A stretch of 64,000 nucleotides of DNA from Candidatus Nanoarchaeia archaeon (GCA_035288865.1 DATDZA010000035.1:6758-70757), one strand, 5' to 3'. Shown: positions 18,701 through 27,462, numbered from the stretch's first letter. Numbers and translations are program-made. Notes: generated from the letters alone by a model not told the origin.

Positions 18701-19294
18701 TTGGATATTGTATCGAGGTACCCGCTTGAGCTTTATGAGGCCAGCCTGAAAATGGAAATGCCTGCCACTGTTAAAGTTGATAGATTTGCAAGCATACTAA
18801 ATTCCGGAAACCAGAACGGAGTAATTTATTACACACACCCCACAACAAACATGAATAACGGAATTAAATGCTCGTCTTATAAAACAATCCCTTCAATGGA
18901 GGATAAATTAAAGGGGCAGATGGACTTGGCTGACAAGATAAGGGCCGTTGATGCTGCAGATGTGGCAAGGCTCGTCATTGAGAAGCATTTGCTTCGTGAC
19001 ATTAAAGGCAACTTAAGAAAATTCTCAACACAGCAGTTCAGGTGCAGCAAATGTTCTGATAAATATCGCAGGCCGCCCCTCTCGGGAAAATGTCGCCTGT
19101 GCGGTGGCAGGTTAATATTCACGGTCTCAGAAGGCTCAATCATAAAATACCTCGAGCCTGCAATTTCACTGTCGAATAAATATAATCTTCCGCCTTACTT
19201 AAAACAAGTTCTGGAATTAACTAAAAATAGAGTTGAAGGAGTTTTCGGGAAAGATAAAGACAAGCAGGAAGGATTGGGAAGATGGTTTGGGTAA
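15785..19294 (+). CDS. DNA polymerase II (PolD) large subunit DP2
   Basis: ~1170-aa ORF with motifs GARMGRPEKA and RRDCDGDE and a C-terminal Cys cluster CSKCSDKYRRPPLSGKCRLCGG. I prefer the ATG at 15785 (MAIDQ...) over the track start 15773, which overlaps DP1. Confidence 0.95.
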   Translation: MAIDQKYFEKITKQIDETYRIANEARAKGYDPEETVGIPLAKNMAERVEGLVSVMAPQIINKGIPQRIKELEIKFGKLDWRVALSVSLEVAQEKFCKFTTQKEAIETGIRIGIAYLTLGVVASPLEGFVELNIRKRADGKEYFALMYAGPIRSAGGTAGAVSVVLADYLRKSFGFEAYDPTEKEIRRMVTELYDYHERITNLQYLPSEKEIRFLVGNLPVQIDGDASEEIEVSNYKDMERIESNRIRSGPCLVLGECVAQKAVKVWSQLKKWGNDFDLNNWEFLQEFAHIQKEVKAKEKFSKKGIVPIFTYIQDLVAGRPVLGHPSAVGGFRLRYGRSRLSGYSATSIHPATMIVLNKYLAIGTQLKVERPGKATAITICDSIEGPIVKIKDGSVIIMDTEQKAKQYSNSIKEILFMGDILISYGDFFNRAHTLAPAGYCEEWWELELEKSAEELFGSANILKIAEMTNIEKTILEKLTKNYLSEKPDAFVALTLSEKLNIPLHPYYTYHWKTISKENFLDLLVWIASAKIEFEENDTNKLILPKNEVGKRILEILGVPHIFVNNEFTILEKDEAKVFYKIFDLGNSNFIEQFQKSEIEDVLEIINSISDIKLRDKSGTFIGARMGRPEKAKVRKMDGEPHTLFPIGKEGGKMRSFQSALETGFVEAEFPSYICMNCKRETVFAKCDQCDLKTKLMHYCKICGYVEGTKCVHGETHTYKAQKIDINTVFKNVLKKIGAAQYPDLIKGVKGTSNKNHVPEHFAKGIIRAKFDVPVNKDGTTRYDMTQLPITHFTPKEIGTSVEEIRNLGYEKDLWGNEIVDSEQVIELNPQDLILPKCEDAPEPGADKILYSVGLFIDELLVSLYGMKKFYNFQSEKDLVGQLVVALAPHTSAGIVGRIIGFSKTQGFFAHPLFHAATRRDCDGDEASVTLLMDALLNFSKQFLPNTRGATQDAPLVLTSMLNPTEVDDMAFDLDIVSRYPLELYEASLKMEMPATVKVDRFASILNSGNQNGVIYYTHPTTNMNNGIKCSSYKTIPSMEDKLKGQMDLADKIRAVDAADVARLVIEKHLLRDIKGNLRKFSTQQFRCSKCSDKYRRPPLSGKCRLCGGRLIFTVSEGSIIKYLEPAISLSNKYNLPPYLKQVLELTKNRVEGVFGKDKDKQEGLGRWFG

Positions 19295-19306
19295 GTGATA
19301 TATAGT

Positions 19307-19966
19307 TCATAATATATTCATTTTTATTCCTGATGAAAATTTAGATACTTTGAATTTTCTTATCTTGAACTTATTTTTAATTTGGATCTTTAGTATATAA
19401 TCCTCTTCCGAAATAGTATCTAAAGCGATAGTTCCGTATTCTGACGTTTTTCCTTTAAACAAGATTTTATTATTTTGTAATATTTCATAATTTCTATTTT
19501 TTAATTTAAAAATCCAAAATCGTGTTAATGAAATTCCTAAAATACAGCCCAAAATATCTTCTTTTAAAAAATGTTCAATTTCATCATGGAACTTATTACA
19601 TAAATCAAATATTTCATCCTCCGGTTCAAAATTATAAAGAGACGCTAAAAATACATCTTGGTATACTTTTTTCAATTCTTTAACAATCTCTTTTTTAGTG
19701 GAACTTCTTTCAATCCTTTCTCTAACTCCTCCAAAATAGAAAGATAATCTTGCAATAAAATCAATCTCAACTTCTTCGAATTCATAAGATGGATAAAAGA
19801 AACATCTTTCGAGATACCAATACTGTCTTAATACTTTTCTTTTTTCTCCAAGCAATTTAACAAGTAGGTTTATTTTTGGAGATAATATTTGATATATTAG
19901 ATAATTCTTATCCATAAATAAACAAAGAAAACCCTTGTTAATAAATTTTGCTTCACGTATACTCAA
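19307..19966 (-). CDS. hypothetical protein (orphan)
   Basis: 219-aa ORF, very A+T-rich by eye, with no recognisable motif. It converges on the DP2 3' end. Confidence 0.5.
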   Translation of the reverse strand: MSIREAKFINKGFLCLFMDKNYLIYQILSPKINLLVKLLGEKRKVLRQYWYLERCFFYPSYEFEEVEIDFIARLSFYFGGVRERIERSSTKKEIVKELKKVYQDVFLASLYNFEPEDEIFDLCNKFHDEIEHFLKEDILGCILGISLTRFWIFKLKNRNYEILQNNKILFKGKTSEYGTIALDTISEEDYILKIQIKNKFKIRKFKVSKFSSGIKMNIL

Positions 19967-19975
19967 TATTCATAT

Positions 19976-20389
19976 TCAAATCTTCGCCTTGACAAAATTC
20001 TTTGCACCGCAGGCAGTGCATTTCATGTAATTCAGGTCACCTTCCCTTACAATCTGCGTGTCAGGCTTGCCGCATTCAATACAAAGGACGAATTCATTTG
20101 CATAATGTCTTATCTTGTCATTTATTCTTGATGCAGGAACTTTTGTTCCGAGAATTAATGCTCCTGATTTTTTAATCTCGCCGGGAGTCGCCAGCTCTTT
20201 AAGCACATATTTGAGCAAATGATCAACGTCCCTTCTTAATGCGGATGCAATCTGCAAAAAATTTGAAATGATTGTCCTGTTGCCCTGCATATGGCCGAGA
20301 ACTTTTGGTATCTCGAACCTTTCCTTTATGAAAACCGCTTCAGGCAGGTTTTTTCTCACATCCTCAAGCATTGATTTGTAGTCTTCCAT
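19976..20389 (-). CDS. translation initiation factor aIF2 beta subunit
   Basis: 137-aa ORF with a C-terminal zinc ribbon CIECGKPDT...CTACGA and ...LGHMQGNRTIISNF.... Confidence 0.9.
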   Translation of the reverse strand: MEDYKSMLEDVRKNLPEAVFIKERFEIPKVLGHMQGNRTIISNFLQIASALRRDVDHLLKYVLKELATPGEIKKSGALILGTKVPASRINDKIRHYANEFVLCIECGKPDTQIVREGDLNYMKCTACGAKNFVKAKI

Positions 20390-20576
20390 AGAATATAGAA
20401 ACCTGCATTATTTATAAATCTATTTCTGTAATGGGTGCTAATTAATTTTTTCCCGAAGCCTACCTATTGCGTTTTATGGGCACTGTTAAATTGGTACCCT
20501 TAGAAATAATGTCTGACACAAAAAATTGATTGAAATAGTTGTCCGCCGAATATAGTGTCGGATTAACATTGACCAT

Positions 20577-21545
20577 TTATTTACTTCGGACACTATATAT
20601 TGCTCTATGGTGATTTATTCTTTGATCATACAGGTTCCTTAAATCACGCAGGTTGTCAGCTTGCAATATCCTGCTTACAATTTCCCCTTGTAAAATTCCC
20701 TCATTTTTTGCGATAAGTTGCCTAAATGCTTCAGGATTAAATTGTTCAGCTGCCATAACATCCAATTCCCTATGGTAGTCTATCATCTGCAATTCTTGAG
20801 CATCGACTGCTGAGTTGAAATCAAATGAATATCGTTTGCAAATTTCAAGAGCGCCAGGCTCGCCAAAAACATGAAAAGCTATCCGCACAGCTCCTTTAAC
20901 ATCTTTAGGCGCGCTTCTTAAATAATTATCAATTGCCCTTTGCGCAAATTGTCCTCTTGAGGCAGGTTCAACATTTAATGGTGAATAATATTTTTCTCTA
21001 CCTAGAGCAGTTACAGGGGATATATAACCCTCGCATAGGCAAGCTGCCCCCCAATAATCATTTTTTTGTTCAAGATTCCCGACAGCTTTATCAATCCCAT
21101 CAAATTTTACGGCTATTATTGCAGCTACCGATGCCTGCAAGAAAGGATTAGGCTCATTTCGGGCGCTTCTTAGATAATTTTGAATTGTCCTCGATGTAAG
21201 TTTCCTTAGTTCATCGCCGTCTTTATGTCTAACACGAGCTAAATAATCTGCTGTTAATTTATCAAGCTGTAAACATGTAGAAATGTCTAACGTCTGTAAG
21301 AACCCATAACCTATATTAGCAGCCTCCTCATAAAATCCGCCACGTTCAAGAATATTAATAACTTCCGAAGTTCCTAGAACATCCTGTGCATTACAGGCGT
21401 CTACAATGGAAAAATCTCCCCCTGTTCCTGCAGCACTTATCTGCCCTTCAAGTGTTATTCGGGCGCTTCTTTTATTTAGAAATTCCTTTGGAGATAATAT
21501 CAATTTTACTGCTCCACTTTGAGATATTCGGCCTAGTAAATCCAT
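20577..21545 (-). CDS. hypothetical protein with three-fold internal repeat
   Basis: 322-aa ORF. The motif [IF]xN[YK][LR]RSA[RP] occurs three times (EFLNKRSAR, IQNYLRSAR, IDNYLRSAP). It looks GC-richer than its neighbours by eye. No family recognised. Confidence 0.6.
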   Translation of the reverse strand: MDLLGRISQSGAVKLILSPKEFLNKRSARITLEGQISAAGTGGDFSIVDACNAQDVLGTSEVINILERGGFYEEAANIGYGFLQTLDISTCLQLDKLTADYLARVRHKDGDELRKLTSRTIQNYLRSARNEPNPFLQASVAAIIAVKFDGIDKAVGNLEQKNDYWGAACLCEGYISPVTALGREKYYSPLNVEPASRGQFAQRAIDNYLRSAPKDVKGAVRIAFHVFGEPGALEICKRYSFDFNSAVDAQELQMIDYHRELDVMAAEQFNPEAFRQLIAKNEGILQGEIVSRILQADNLRDLRNLYDQRINHHRAIYSVRSK

Positions 21546-21706
21546 TCTTTAAAGTAGATTTATCTGTTTATAAACTTTCCTATTTTGTTATCACTTTGAA
21601 ATGAATAATAAGAGTTAGAAAGCAGGATTAAATCAACCAGTATACCAAACAAATCTGGGCTTTGTAATTCAAAAAATATATAAATGAAGCGTTCAAGGAA
21701 ATCAGC

Positions 21707-22558
21707 ATGGTACTCGAATCTTTGTTATTTCCAATTAAGGCGGAAAAAAGGCCTTGGCAGATGTTCTTTCTCGGATTTTTATATGCTTCAGTCGGGCTTT
21801 TTGTGGCCTTGTGGATTTTCAAGGATCAAGCCAGCTTAGTAATGGTTTTTATGATTACGATGGCAGCCTTGCCGATTTTCTACAATACGATGAAACTAGA
21901 GGAGAGCAAAGACATGATTATCGACACAGAATCCAAAATTCTCAGGGAACACAACAAAGCAATTATCTTTTTGATGTTTATGTTTATTGGAATGACATTT
22001 GCGTGCGCTTTATGGTACTCCGTTTTGCCTACAGAAATAATAAACAGTATTTTTGACAAGCAGGTCGGAACAATACAAACCATAAATAACCAGGTTTCCG
22101 GTCATGTTATACAGAACCTCAACATTATTACTAAAATATTTTTCAACAATTTAAGGGTACTGGCGTTCTCGGTATTATTTTCTTTTGTTTATGGAGCAGG
22201 GGCAATTTTTATCCTGGCATGGAACGCAACCGTTATAGGAGCGGCAATCGGGAATTTTATTCGCTCAAATGTCAGCAGCTACACGAGCTCTTTGGGACTG
22301 ACGCAAGCCGGAAATTATTTTCATGTTGTTTCAATAGGATTGCTGAGGTACGCACCTCACGGAATTCTGGAAATAGCTGCATATTTTTATGGAGGCCTGG
22401 CGGGGGGGATATTGTCTGCAGCGCTTATAAGGGGGCATTTCAGGACGAAAAGATTCCCGGCAATAATGTTTGATTTCTCTGAGCTTATTTTGATTGCAAT
22501 CGGTTGTCTGGTTGCGGCAGCTTTCTTTGAAGTTTATGTGACCCCGGTTTTATTTTAG
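21707..22558 (+). CDS. multi-pass membrane protein, SpoIIM/DUF95-like
   Basis: 283-aa ORF with several hydrophobic helices. ...AWNATVIGAAIGNF... and ...APHGILEIAAYFYGGLAGG... resemble the SpoIIM-type family. Confidence 0.55.
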   Translation: MVLESLLFPIKAEKRPWQMFFLGFLYASVGLFVALWIFKDQASLVMVFMITMAALPIFYNTMKLEESKDMIIDTESKILREHNKAIIFLMFMFIGMTFACALWYSVLPTEIINSIFDKQVGTIQTINNQVSGHVIQNLNIITKIFFNNLRVLAFSVLFSFVYGAGAIFILAWNATVIGAAIGNFIRSNVSSYTSSLGLTQAGNYFHVVSIGLLRYAPHGILEIAAYFYGGLAGGILSAALIRGHFRTKRFPAIMFDFSELILIAIGCLVAAAFFEVYVTPVLF

Positions 22559-22968
22559 AAACTATTATTTTGCCCCAAATTCTCAACAAATCTTAGCAGA
22601 TATCCATCAGGATCTTTAACAAGAAACTGTCTTAGCTGAATTAATTTATTTTTAACTTTATACTCCCTTTCAAAAGGTTCTACATAAAGCGGATAATCCA
22701 ATTTATTTAAGGAATCTAATAATTTTTCAATGCTCTTGACTGTAATTTGCAGATGAATTCCACGACCATAAGGATAATCTATTTTTCCAGTATTCCACTC
22801 AGGAGTGCTTTGCTCAATCATGATTTGAGTCCCTTCCAAAGATAGAAATGCAAATTTGGATTCCTTTCTTTCGTATTCTAATTTGAATCCAAGGACTTCT
22901 GTATAAAATTTCAAGCTTTTTGCAAAATCGAATGCCCTTAATTCCGGAATCAGCGCGTTAAAGTTCAT
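22555..22968 (-). CDS. glyoxalase/bleomycin-resistance (VOC) family protein
   Basis: 137-aa ORF with ...FDFAKSLKFYTEVLGFKLEY... and ...VKDPDGYLLRF, a typical VOC fold signature. Confidence 0.7.
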   Translation of the reverse strand: MNFNALIPELRAFDFAKSLKFYTEVLGFKLEYERKESKFAFLSLEGTQIMIEQSTPEWNTGKIDYPYGRGIHLQITVKSIEKLLDSLNKLDYPLYVEPFEREYKVKNKLIQLRQFLVKDPDGYLLRFVENLGQNNSF

Positions 22969-23000
22969 GAAGAGAAATAAATTTGGATTAATTTAAATAA

Positions 23001-23639
23001 TTATTCCAAAACCTTTACTCTGCCGGGCTTTATCTCAAAAATATCGCCGTTCTCAAGCAAACGATTTATTGTCGACTCAGTATCATTTAAACTGGAATTT
23101 TTTATTATTGTATCAATATCTGCCCCATCCCCCAAATCCAATTTTTTAATTAAAGTATAAATCTGTTCAAAGGCATTCACGGAAATATTTTTATCAGTGA
23201 CATCTATTTTTTCCTCTTTTTGCTCAACAGCAATGAGGTCTTTTAATTCAAGTTTTCTTACAGCCATCCAGCCAATATCATTTAATTTTTTTAGAATTTC
23301 CGGCATAATGTATTTTTCATTGCCGAATTCCCTTACTCTTCCGACAACCAAAACCATATCTCCGATGTCAACTTTTGAAAATGCGGCGAAAGTTTCAAAA
23401 CTTTTCAGTAATATCTTTCCTGTGCCGTCATCAATCATCACGCTGCTTAAGGCCTGCTCCTGGTCCGCTTTGTAGACGACAGTTGCTATTAGATTGGCCC
23501 TCGAAACAACCACTTCATTTATTTTTATGTAGCCTGCGGAAGTTTCATCTTTCATAAAATTGGAATTCAAAATATCAGAAATCCATACCTTGTAGGCAAC
23601 CTGCCTTTTCTGGAACGATTTTTGTTCTAAGTCCGGCAT
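23001..23639 (-). CDS. OB-fold nucleic-acid-binding protein (RPA32/Stn1-like) with C-terminal winged-helix-like region
   Basis: Start taken at the ATG at 23637-23639 (MPDLEQ...). OB-like core ...ANLIATVVYKADQ...MIDDGTGKILLKSFE...GDMVLVVGRVREFGNEKYIMPE.... It lies adjacent to mcm. Confidence 0.5.
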   Translation of the reverse strand: MPDLEQKSFQKRQVAYKVWISDILNSNFMKDETSAGYIKINEVVVSRANLIATVVYKADQEQALSSVMIDDGTGKILLKSFETFAAFSKVDIGDMVLVVGRVREFGNEKYIMPEILKKLNDIGWMAVRKLELKDLIAVEQKEEKIDVTDKNISVNAFEQIYTLIKKLDLGDGADIDTIIKNSSLNDTESTINRLLENGDIFEIKPGRVKVLE

Positions 23640-23774
23640 TTTATTATAACTTTTTAAAAATATTAAAAAACAACTCAACCCATCAATTTTTATTTTTTTA
23701 TCGAGCAAAAAATAATGAAACTCGCACTAAGGACTCATAAAAAAATAAAAAGCCCGTCCTTTTGTTATCCTGGT

Positions 23775-25817
23775 TTATAATTTACCTATGTGACCACGAC
23801 GAGGCTCATAAATGTCACCGGAACGCTTCAGCCTTTCCAAAGCTTCATCAATTTTTGGCTCATCCAGGCCGCGGTTCTTTGCTTCGGCATACACTTCTTC
23901 AATTGGTATCGTCTTTCCTAATTTTGACTCAAGCTCTGTGATTACATCTTTTACTATAAGTATGTGGCTTCTTTGGGATGCACCCACTCCAGTTGCAATC
24001 CTGTCGATGTCAATTTTTCCGGTTTCCTTGTCAAAGCCGACCTGCATCAAACAGTAATCCAGAAGTTCAATTGCCTTCTTTGCGTCTTTTCTTGTGACTC
24101 GGTCGTCAAGGCGCGCTTTTGCCGATGCCTCGCTTAATCGTACCAGAGCTTCAAGCTGCCTCGCCGAGATGGGGATTGCTTTTATTCCACCTTCCCCGCT
24201 GCCGCTTTTCCTCATTTTTAGATAATACTCTTTAATCTCTTCAAGCGCGCCATCAGTCAGTTTGGGAACTATTCTCTGCCGCGCATAAGCTACAAATTTT
24301 CTTAGAAGGTTTGTTGATATTTCTGGCTCATTCAAATCTGGAGCCTGATGCAGAGTGAGTATGTGCTTTGCCATTCTCTCGTCGCGTGTTTCATCTGGTA
24401 AATCTTTTATTGGAAAAATCAAATCAAACCTGTTAATCAAAGTTGGAGGCATATCAATCTGGTCAGCTATGATTCCATAAGGGTCAAATCTTCCGAATTT
24501 TGGATTGGCAGCGGCGAGCACAGTTGTTCTTGCAATCAAAGTTGCCTGAATATTTGCTTTTGAAATGCTGACGGTCTGGTTTTCAAGAGCCTCGTGCATT
24601 GCCGCGCGGTCTTCGTTGCTCATTTTATCCATCTCATCGACGCAAATTAACCCGTCGCTGCTCAGCACCATCGCCCCAGCTTCGAGCGCCCAGCCTTTTA
24701 AGAACTCATCCCTGACGACAGCAGCGGTCAAGCCGGCTCCGCTTACTCCTTTTCCGCTGACGTACCTTCCTTTTGGCGCGATTTGTGTTATTCTTTTTAG
24801 CAATGCGCTTTTTCCCGATCCTGGATCCCCAACGAGCAAAATGTGCATATCTCCTCTGCTAACAACACTGTCACTCCTTACTTTTCGAACCCCACCCATC
24901 AGCTGAAGAAGCAACGATTCCTTGATTTTTTCATATCCATAAATCGAAGGTGCAATAGAATTGATTAATTTTTCATATCCTTTCGGGTCATTCGCAATAT
25001 CCTGAATTTGTTTTTCTTCTTCCTTGCTTATGTTGATTTCGTGGAAAGAATCCTGCGTTGGATGGAGGTGATTTGCATCAATCATCAAGTCAAATCTTGT
25101 TGATTTTGCGCCGCTTTTCGAGATAATCGGAACTTCCTTTACAATTCCAAAAACCTCAACTTTGCTTCCGGGAGATGTTCGCTTTTCGCTTAACGGGCTG
25201 ACCAAATCATCAGTTAATAAAATATTAATTCTCTTTGGCTGCTCTCCGCCTTCGAGATTTTCTGACGCTTCCTCGAGCACAATTCCCTGCGCATCAACAA
25301 GCGCTTTGTCGAGCATTACAAATTTTCCTTTTCTGCCGCAGCCGCATCTTGTCGGTTCCTTAAAAGTTCCTTCAACCTGCAGAATGTTCATTATGTTTCC
25401 ACAAACCGGGCATTCAAACCTTGCTGATGTTACCTGCGGCCTTACATCAGATTTTTGCTTTATAATTCCATTCACGAAAAGAAATTTATTTATATGCTGG
25501 CTTCTGATGTTCCTTATCATTACAAACTGGCTTTGCGGAAGGTTGAAGAATCGGATTCTGAAATTTTTCAGTCCTTCAACATCAAATTGCTCTATTGACT
25601 TTTCAATCGCTTTGATACTCTCTTCAGGAGAGTCGAGAAGCTCTGAGGCAAGGTCCAAATCATATTTTGATAAATCTGCAAAGTCAATCAGCAGGGAATG
25701 GTCCCCCTTTCTTGCATTGTCCAAAAGAATATTGTAATAATTGCTTTCAATAAATTCCTGAAACTTTTTTATCTGTTCGCTTACACTCATTTTTGAACTT
25801 AGTGTTGTTGCTTCCAT
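23775..25817 (-). CDS. mcm: MCM replicative helicase
   Basis: 680-aa ORF. Zinc motif CPVCG...CGCG, Walker A LLVGDPGSGKS, Walker B CVDEMDKM and arginine-finger region NRFDLIF. Confidence 0.97.
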   Translation of the reverse strand: MEATTLSSKMSVSEQIKKFQEFIESNYYNILLDNARKGDHSLLIDFADLSKYDLDLASELLDSPEESIKAIEKSIEQFDVEGLKNFRIRFFNLPQSQFVMIRNIRSQHINKFLFVNGIIKQKSDVRPQVTSARFECPVCGNIMNILQVEGTFKEPTRCGCGRKGKFVMLDKALVDAQGIVLEEASENLEGGEQPKRINILLTDDLVSPLSEKRTSPGSKVEVFGIVKEVPIISKSGAKSTRFDLMIDANHLHPTQDSFHEINISKEEEKQIQDIANDPKGYEKLINSIAPSIYGYEKIKESLLLQLMGGVRKVRSDSVVSRGDMHILLVGDPGSGKSALLKRITQIAPKGRYVSGKGVSGAGLTAAVVRDEFLKGWALEAGAMVLSSDGLICVDEMDKMSNEDRAAMHEALENQTVSISKANIQATLIARTTVLAAANPKFGRFDPYGIIADQIDMPPTLINRFDLIFPIKDLPDETRDERMAKHILTLHQAPDLNEPEISTNLLRKFVAYARQRIVPKLTDGALEEIKEYYLKMRKSGSGEGGIKAIPISARQLEALVRLSEASAKARLDDRVTRKDAKKAIELLDYCLMQVGFDKETGKIDIDRIATGVGASQRSHILIVKDVITELESKLGKTIPIEEVYAEAKNRGLDEPKIDEALERLKRSGDIYEPRRGHIGKL

Positions 25818-25908
25818 GGTTATTTTATTGGTTCCGTGTTTTATATATTTTGCGTGCCAATGTCCAGTGCTCTATCTAATAAAAACAATTTTGACACTGT
25901 AAAAGTAA

Positions 25909-26463
25909 CTAAGCCTTGACTCTTTTTAAGTTTTCAATTAGCTTGTCAAGCGCAGCATGAACCTCTTTCTCGCTTTTGGTTCCTGTGCACACCACTTTTC
26001 CATTGCTAAAAAGTAAAAATGTAGCTTTGGCGGCTGTAAGCTTGTAAACTAATCCCGGAAACTGCTCTGGCTCGTATTCTGTGTTCTCGAGCTTCATTGC
26101 CAAAGTATTAAGATTCAGGTCCATTCCGACACTTCCTGATGCAACAATGTTTTGAATTTTGATTTCCGGCTTTATAGTTATTTTGACGTTAATTTTTTCC
26201 AGGCTCTTGATAATTTTTTTTATGCTCTCTTCAACTTTGTCCATAGAGCGTGCTCCCGTGCACACAACTTTGCCTGAAGAGAATATCAGGGCAGAAGTTT
26301 TAGGGTCTTTAATCCTTATAACGAGGCCCGGAAACTGTTCTGGATTGTATTCCGTATTGCTTAGGGTAGCTGCCATCTTTTCAAGCGGAATAGCGTGATT
26401 TAAAGATGTCGAAACAACTATATTGACGACCTTTATATCTCTCTTAGTTTCTTTCTTTGTCAT
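25909..26463 (-). CDS. tbp: TATA-box-binding protein
   Basis: 184-aa ORF with two direct repeats, each containing ...TEY[NE]PEQFPGLV...GK[V]VCTG.... Confidence 0.95.
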   Translation of the reverse strand: MTKKETKRDIKVVNIVVSTSLNHAIPLEKMAATLSNTEYNPEQFPGLVIRIKDPKTSALIFSSGKVVCTGARSMDKVEESIKKIIKSLEKINVKITIKPEIKIQNIVASGSVGMDLNLNTLAMKLENTEYEPEQFPGLVYKLTAAKATFLLFSNGKVVCTGTKSEKEVHAALDKLIENLKRVKA

Positions 26464-26564
26464 ATTAAATTACACCCCCAAATAATAATTATTTCAACTG
26501 AATAAGCCTTCAAATAGTCTTGAATCGTTGTGGAAGCCCTCTTTGACCTCTGAAAGGCTGTTTG

Positions 26565-26663
26565 TTTATAAACATTTATAAATGCGGTGTTCTTTATAAA
26601 TACTTTTGTTTGTCAAAAACCTATTATGGTTTTTGAGCACTGTCGAAATTTATATAAATTTCG
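26565..26663. promoter_or_regulatory. cluster of palindromic TATA-like elements in the tbp/rpp30 divergent spacer
   Basis: TTTATAAA occurs at 26565-26572, 26575-26582 and 26593-26600. A perfect 20-bp palindrome CGAAATTTATATAAATTTCG lies at 26644-26663. Confidence 0.35.
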
Positions 26664-26735
26664 AAGTTTAAATAGAATTATTTGAACAGAGAGTTTAAAG
26701 GCGTTATGCCTCCTTCATTACGTGTGGAACAATAG

Positions 26736-26745
26736 TTTTATATAA
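26736..26745 (+). promoter_or_regulatory. TATA-like box upstream of rpp30
   Basis: TTTTATATAA is centred ~29 nt upstream of the ATG at 26770. This fits a leaderless or short-leader archaeal promoter. Confidence 0.35.
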
Positions 26746-26769
26746 TTAGTTTGGATATTTAAATCCAAA

Positions 26770-27390
26770 ATGTATAGCGATATTGCAATTCCACAAAATA
26801 ATGAAACAGAGTTTGCTGAGATTGCTTCAAAACTGGGAATAAAAAAACTTTATTTTTTATATGAATCAAATAATTTTTCAGAAGAAAAAATAAACAAGAA
26901 AATTGAATCAATAAAAGAGAAGTATAATTTAAACTTTGAATCAGGAATAATTATTAAAAACCAGGATACAAATAAAATAAAAATAAATTCTAAATTAACC
27001 GTCGCAAGAAGCTCAGATAAGGACAGATTTCTAATTGAATGCAAAAAAATTAAGATGATTTATGGATTCGAAGGGCTTGGCAGGAAGGATTATCTTCATC
27101 AAAGAGCATCAGGATTAAATCATATTATGTGTGAGCTCGCAAGAAAAAATAACATTTATGTTGGATTCTCATATAGTTCATTACTAAATAACGAGGCTAA
27201 TTCGCCAGTTCTTATCGGCAGAATGATTCAGAACATTAAGCTTTGCCAGAAATATAAAGTCAAAACTGCCATTGGGGCCTTTGCTGAAAACCCTTTTGAT
27301 TTAAGGGCGCCGCATGACTTATTTAATCTATTTAAAATATTTGGAATGGACGAGGGGAATGTTAAGAATTCTCTTAACTACAATTTATGA
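26770..27390 (+). CDS. rnp3: RNase P protein component 3 (Rpp30)
   Basis: 206-aa ORF. The C-terminal two thirds (...GLNHIMCELARKNNIYVGFSYSSLL...MIQNIKLCQKYKVKTAIGAFAENPFDLRAPHDLFNLFKIFGM...) align by eye with archaeal Rpp30 (...IDHVLAKL...VALGFSLRPLL...KYKVRRFLTSSA...RYPRDLISLG...). Confidence 0.75.
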   Translation: MYSDIAIPQNNETEFAEIASKLGIKKLYFLYESNNFSEEKINKKIESIKEKYNLNFESGIIIKNQDTNKIKINSKLTVARSSDKDRFLIECKKIKMIYGFEGLGRKDYLHQRASGLNHIMCELARKNNIYVGFSYSSLLNNEANSPVLIGRMIQNIKLCQKYKVKTAIGAFAENPFDLRAPHDLFNLFKIFGMDEGNVKNSLNYNL

Positions 27391-27454
27391 ATGAAAAACC
27401 AAAAGGTTTTAATAGAAGATATTCAGTAAATCTAATTTAAAATGAATATTGTGC

Positions 27455-27462
27455 TATAAATA
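27455..27462 (+). promoter_or_regulatory. TATA-like box upstream of locus gene A
   Basis: TATAAATA starts 29 nt upstream of the ATG at 27484. It is a candidate promoter for the first gene of the surface locus. Confidence 0.35.

Noticed and set aside
21628-21822. 64-aa minus-strand ORF upstream of and overlapping the SpoIIM-like gene start
   Set aside because: It is short, overlaps the 5' end of a well-supported membrane protein gene, and has no motif or plausible start context.
25162-25737. 191-aa + strand ORF inside mcm. Similar shadow ORFs occur at 3262-3654, 6076-6555, 14592-15077, 16720-17043, 24565-24906 and 56188-56538.
   Set aside because: All are antisense or out-of-frame overlaps of genes with unambiguous conserved products (MCM, uL6, uL14/uL24, DP1, DP2, PlsC). 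Their translations are S/F/L/I-rich nonsense typical of shadow frames.
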